Below, piece by piece: positions 58,578 to 62,293 of a DNA stretch of 62,293 nucleotides (the stretch's first letter is position 1; each line of letters begins with the position of its first letter). The DNA is taken from contig JAFGHL010000074.1 in NCBI GenBank assembly GCA_016930155.1, positions 1 to 62,293 of the forward strand, written 5' to 3'. The notes below the pieces were generated by a model. That model did no database searches, was not told the origin of the DNA, and was given only the letters and a program-made list of their open reading frames with translations. Origin of the DNA: Dehalococcoidia bacterium (GTDB taxonomy: Bacteria; Chloroflexota; Dehalococcoidia; GIF9; UBA5629). Both the position numbers and the translations under genes were made by a program.

Positions 58578-58613
58578 TATAACAATATTATAAATATTGA
58601 GGCTGGATGTCAA
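58578..58613 (-). promoter_or_regulatory. Sigma70 promoter plus TATAACAATA site
   Basis: Minus-strand TTGACA 58613-58608, 17 bp, TAATAT; motif at 58578-58587. Confidence 0.6.
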
Positions 58614-58620
58614 CTGTAAC

Positions 58621-58691
58621 GTGCGCGGCTTAAACTGAAGGCGCGTCCCTACGGGGTATGATGCAGGGGCGGGTTTTCAAACCCGCCCGCT
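58621..58691. repeat. REP-like elements overlapping the flavodoxin 3' end
   Basis: GTGCGCGG...GGCGCGTCCCTAC and GCAGGGGCGGGTTTTCAAACCCGCCC. Confidence 0.75.
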
Positions 58692-59218
58692 TTTAAAGCC
58701 AGATACAGTTTCTGCAACTGCTCGACAATGCCCTCGATTTTGCTGACTTCGCGCGGCTTTTTAGCCAGGGCCGTAACGCTGCCCGCCCAGTTCATGCCGC
58801 AGACGGCTGCGTAGGTTTTAAGGTTATCGATGGCCGTGCCGATGCCCTCTTCGGCCACAGCTATGCCGGCGAAGCGTTTATCTTCAAGCCCGGGCCAGAT
58901 GGGGCAGGTCCTGTCCATAAAGTTCTTCAACAGCCCTGAGACCATCTCGAAATAGACGGGCGTGCCGAATACGACGGCATCTGCCTGTAAAAGCTTGGGA
59001 TATATGCCCTGCATGTCGTCCTTGATAGCGCAGAGGCCTTTCCTATTTTTGCCGCCGGCTTCGCAGGTCAGGCAGCCGTTGCACATCCTCACGTCGAGCT
59101 TGCGCAGCAGCAGGAGCTCCGCTTCCGCGCCTTCCGCCACCGCCAGGCCGTGCAGATGTTTGAGCATCCACTCGGTATTGCCGCTCCTGGGCGAGCCGCA
59201 CACGATTATTAATTTCAT
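58649..59218 (-). CDS. Flavodoxin family / iron-sulfur flavoprotein
   Basis: GSPRSGNT, CNGCLTC...C..KDDM, GTPVYF, KNFMDR. Confidence 0.88.
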   Translation of the reverse strand: MKLIIVCGSPRSGNTEWMLKHLHGLAVAEGAEAELLLLRKLDVRMCNGCLTCEAGGKNRKGLCAIKDDMQGIYPKLLQADAVVFGTPVYFEMVSGLLKNFMDRTCPIWPGLEDKRFAGIAVAEEGIGTAIDNLKTYAAVCGMNWAGSVTALAKKPREVSKIEGIVEQLQKLYLALKAGGFENPPLHHTP

Positions 59219-59229
59219 ATTCCCAAACC

Positions 59230-59287
59230 GTAGGGGCGGGTTTTCAAGCCCGCCCGGTATCGGGCGCAGTTAAAGCAACGCCCCTAC
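59230..59287. repeat. GTAG-type REP-like element
   Basis: GTAGGGGCGGGTTTTCAAGCCCGCCC...GGGCGCAGTTAAAGCAACGCCCCTAC. Confidence 0.85.
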
Positions 59288-59604
59288 TCTAAATCCTCTG
59301 CGCTGAATCCCGTGAAAAAGCAGCTACGTTTGCCCGTGTGGCAGGTGGGCCCGGCCGGCTCGGCCTTTACCAGCAATGTGTCCGAGTCGCAGTCTTTGGA
59401 TATGGATATCACTTTCAGCACGTTGCCCGATGTGCCGCCCTTGTGCCAGAGCTCCTGTCGGCTGCGGCTGAAGAAGACCATCTCGCCCTTCTGCAGCGTC
59501 AGCTTGAGCGATTCTTTGCTGGCGTAGCCCAGCATGAGCACCGTGCCGTCCTTAACGTCCTGCACGATAACCGGTATAAGTCCCTTTTCGTCGAATTTCA
59601 ACAT
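59284..59604 (-). CDS. hisI: Phosphoribosyl-AMP cyclohydrolase
   Basis: [38 protein letters not shown]. Confidence 0.96.
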   Translation of the reverse strand: MLKFDEKGLIPVIVQDVKDGTVLMLGYASKESLKLTLQKGEMVFFSRSRQELWHKGGTSGNVLKVISISKDCDSDTLLVKAEPAGPTCHTGKRSCFFTGFSAEDLE

Positions 59605-59645
59605 AGAAAATGCTCCTGTTTTATAGGCTGCTGTGTGATGCCGGA

Positions 59646-60356
59646 TCAGGATATGGCCAGGGCTTCCTTGAGGTCGATATCGCCCGTATAGAGCGCCTTG
59701 CCGATGATGACGCCCTCCACGCCCAGCGCCGCCAGCTTCCTGATGTGTTCGATGGAGGAGATGCCGCCCGAGGCCACCACCGGTATCTTCAGCTTGCTCA
59801 CCAGCTCGGCCGTTGTCTCATAGTTCGGCTCGGTGAGCGTGCCGTCACGTTTGACGTCCGTGTAGATGATACGCCTGGCGCCGATGGCGGCCATGGCCTG
59901 ACTGAGATCCAGCACGGTCATGGTGGAGATCTTCATCCAGCCGTGTGTGGTCACATATGAATCGCGGGCGTCGATACCGACCACGATTGCCTCTCCGAAC
60001 CGCTTGATAATGCGTTTGGTGAGTTCGATCTGTTCGACGGCCACCGTGCCCAGAATAACCCGTTTTACGCCCAGCTTGATGAGTTGTTCCACCACGTCCA
60101 CCCGTCTGATTCCGCCGCCCAACTCCACCTCGAGGCTGGTGTTTTTCACAATGTCTTCAATGGCCTTAGTATTGCGGACCTCCCCGGCGGCAGCGCCGTC
60201 CAGGTCAACCAGGTGCAGCCTGCCGGCGCCCTGCTCCTGCCACCTGAGTGCCGTGGCTACGGGGTCGACTGAGAACACCGTCTCTTTGCTGTAATCGCCC
60301 TGGTAGAGACGCACGCATTTTCCACCTTTGAGGTCGATAGCCGGTATGATATCCAT
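59646..60356 (-). CDS. hisA: ProFAR isomerase
   Basis: [43 protein letters not shown]. Confidence 0.96.
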   Translation of the reverse strand: MDIIPAIDLKGGKCVRLYQGDYSKETVFSVDPVATALRWQEQGAGRLHLVDLDGAAAGEVRNTKAIEDIVKNTSLEVELGGGIRRVDVVEQLIKLGVKRVILGTVAVEQIELTKRIIKRFGEAIVVGIDARDSYVTTHGWMKISTMTVLDLSQAMAAIGARRIIYTDVKRDGTLTEPNYETTAELVSKLKIPVVASGGISSIEHIRKLAALGVEGVIIGKALYTGDIDLKEALAIS

Positions 60357-60360
60357 GGTA

Positions 60361-61533
60361 TTAGTTCTTTAAGATTACCCCCTTCTGCGCAAGTGCGTCA
60401 ATCCCGGCCCTGTCATATCCGAGCTCCTCGAGTATCTCAACGGTGTGTTCACCCAGCAGCGGAGCTCTGACGGCCTCTATTCGCTCGATGTCTGAGGGCC
60501 AGGCCGGCAGATTGGCAAGCTTTACTTTGCCGACACCCGGGTAATCCATGTCGAAAAAAATGTGCCTGGCAGTCACCTGTGGATCGTCAAGCACTTCCGG
60601 TATCTCGCGCACGGTCGCGCAGGGGACGCCGGCCTTCTCCATCTTCCGGATTATTTCGCCGGAGGGCAATTTACGTAAGGACAAAGCAATTTGGTTCGCC
60701 AGTTCATTGCGGTGCGCCAGCCTGCTCTGCGCGCTTGAATATTCCGGACGCCGTGCCAGGTCATCCATGTCCAGTGCGTGGCAGAAGGCCTGCCAGAACT
60801 TATCGTTGGTGACACCTACGAAAACATATTTGTCCGCCGACTGAAAACACTGGTAGGGAGCGAAGGCGGGATTGGCTGAACCCATCCTGGGCGTAACAAA
60901 TCCCGTCAATGCGTAACCGGAGATGAAAGAAGACATGAAATAGACGGCGGTGTCGAAAAAGGATGCGTCTATCAATTGTCCCCTGCCCGTTTTCTCCCTT
61001 GCTATTACTGCCAGCAATACACCGTAGGCGGCCAGGAATGCTGTAGGGAGACCGATAATATTGGAGGGTATACGCACCGGAGGGCCGTCCGCTTCGCCTG
61101 TAATCGACATCAAGCCGGACATGGCGTGGATGACAGGGTCATAGGCCGGCTTCTGCCGGTAGGGTCCGGTCTGTCCGAAGCCGGAGACCGAGCAGTAGAT
61201 GATGCGCGGATTGATCTTATTGATCTCGCTGTAGCCGATGCCCAGCTTCTCAGCTGTGCCCGGGGTGAAGCTCTCGAGCATTATATCTGCTTTGGAAGCA
61301 AGCCGGAGGGCGATCTCCCTGCCCTCGGGGGTTTGCAGATTGAGCGCAAGGCTGCGTTTGTTGCGGTTAATATTATAAAAAGCCAGGACGGTAAGTCCCT
61401 GTCGGAAAGGATCACCCTGATGAGATTCTATTTTTATCACGTCCGCGCCAGCCTGCGCCAGCATCAGGCCGCAGGTCGGGCCGTCCCCCGCGTGTGAGAA
61501 ATCAAGCACCTTCAGTCCCTTAAGAGGATACAT
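60361..61533 (-). CDS. CoA-transferase family III protein, catalytic Asp apparently replaced
   Basis: GADVIKIE, NRNKRSL, SGFGQTGPY, PVRIPSNIIGLPTA, APLLGEHT; AGGAGG RBS before ATG 61533. Confidence 0.87.
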   Translation of the reverse strand: MYPLKGLKVLDFSHAGDGPTCGLMLAQAGADVIKIESHQGDPFRQGLTVLAFYNINRNKRSLALNLQTPEGREIALRLASKADIMLESFTPGTAEKLGIGYSEINKINPRIIYCSVSGFGQTGPYRQKPAYDPVIHAMSGLMSITGEADGPPVRIPSNIIGLPTAFLAAYGVLLAVIAREKTGRGQLIDASFFDTAVYFMSSFISGYALTGFVTPRMGSANPAFAPYQCFQSADKYVFVGVTNDKFWQAFCHALDMDDLARRPEYSSAQSRLAHRNELANQIALSLRKLPSGEIIRKMEKAGVPCATVREIPEVLDDPQVTARHIFFDMDYPGVGKVKLANLPAWPSDIERIEAVRAPLLGEHTVEILEELGYDRAGIDALAQKGVILKN

Positions 61534-61628
61534 ATTGACCTCCTTGGCAGACAAGAAATCGAAAATATTTATACCACTATATATCGTTGTTTACAATGCC
61601 TGGAACACAGTATATGTTATTTTTACCA

Positions 61629-61657
61629 TTGACTTAGAAAAAAGGGAAATGTATACT
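61629..61657 (+). promoter_or_regulatory. dnaN promoter
   Basis: TTGACT, 17 bp, TATACT. Confidence 0.65.
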
Positions 61658-61686
61658 GAGGTCAAATTAGTAACGGGGGGAATTCT

Positions 61687-62293
61687 ATGAAGCTGTCGTG
61701 TCTGCAGGAAAATCTGAATAAAGGCCTCGGCATCATAGGCAGGGCGGTAGCATCCAGGACGACTCTGCCCATTACCCAGAATGTGCTTATAGCCACCGAT
61801 GAAAAGCAGCTCAAGCTGGCGGCCACCAATCTGGAGATAGCCATCAGTTGCTGGATCGGGGCAAAGATAGAGAGCGAGGGTTCCATCACCATTCCTGCAC
61901 GCGTATTGACCGAGTTCGTAGCTTCGCTGCCCAGCGATGTCATCAGCGTTAACCTCAAGCACCATACGCTTGAGCTTAAGAGCGGCCGTTACGAGGCCAG
62001 GATCAACGGGCTGGACGCCGCCGATTTCCCGCCCATCCCCCAGGTGGGTGACGGCTTCAGCACCAGGGTCAAGGCCGAGGATCTCAAGCAGGCTATCAGC
62101 CAGGTGGCATTCGCCGCCGCCACCGAGGAGTCGCGTCCTGTTTTAACAGGTGTGCAGACGGAGTTCGAGGGCAGCAAGCTGACTATGGCCGCCGCCGACG
62201 GGTTCAGGCTGGCCGTGCACCGCACCGACCTGTCCGAGCCGGTCAAAGAGAAGGTATCTATGATCATACCGGCCAAGGCCTATCACGAGCTCA
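61687..62293 (+). CDS. dnaN: DNA polymerase III beta clamp (partial, runs off the window)
   Basis: Manual translation MKLSCLQENL...RTTLPITQNVL...ATNLE...IPAR...DFP...SRPVLTGV...AADGFRLA; not in the ORF track because there is no stop in the window. Confidence 0.95.
   Translation, partial: MKLSCLQENLNKGLGIIGRAVASRTTLPITQNVLIATDEKQLKLAATNLEIAISCWIGAKIESEGSITIPARVLTEFVASLPSDVISVNLKHHTLELKSGRYEARINGLDAADFPPIPQVGDGFSTRVKAEDLKQAISQVAFAAATEESRPVLTGVQTEFEGSKLTMAAADGFRLAVHRTDLSEPVKEKVSMIIPAKAYHEL

Noticed and set aside
6413-59287. Repeats as a CRISPR array or integron attC sites
   Set aside because: Copies are dispersed, not regularly spaced; no cas or integrase gene; ends are GTAG/CTAC rather than attC core sites
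61540-61686. oriC upstream of dnaN
   Set aside because: AT-rich but no clustered TTATCCACA boxes and no dnaA; explained by divergent promoters

Overview
A 62.3-kb gene-dense bacterial chromosomal window. Gene content (stand-alone dnaN, hisA-hisI, AmmeMemoRadiSam triad, archaeal-type tubulin/CetZ-like gene, many acyl-CoA enzymes) suggests an anaerobic Chloroflexota, probably Dehalococcoidia-like; this taxonomy is inference. Housekeeping genes (amrSBA, rarA, typA, hisAI, dnaN) surround three accessory blocks. (1) About 8.5-13.9 kb: an AT-rich island with an excisionase-type HTH protein, a 777-aa GHKL/MORC-like ATPase, a convergent SPPY-type DNA methyltransferase and an orphan RHH/CopG antitoxin-like protein; no nuclease is recognisable, so it is a candidate undescribed defence or modification module. 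(2) About 17.4-28.9 kb: a TetR-linked catabolic unit with an APC permease, two saccharopine-dehydrogenase-family paralogs, a CaiC-like ligase, IorB and an IorA carrying a GltD-like flavoprotein module inserted into its ferredoxin domain. (3) About 34.8-58.5 kb: a putative GntR/UTRA regulon, marked by a shared TATAACAWTW motif, encoding a split B12 acyl-CoA mutase with MeaB, MmgE/PrpD, an AMACR-like racemase, CoA-transferases (several lacking the catalytic residue), a ScpB-like crotonase, thiolase/OB-fold pair, lactonase, amidohydrolase, four classical SDRs and a TRAP transporter; this is a candidate new carboxylate or lactone degradation pathway. GTAG-type REP-like palindromes supply the TAG stop codons of four genes. 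No rRNA, tRNA, CRISPR array or transposase was recognised. All calls come from reading motifs by eye; no database searches were run.
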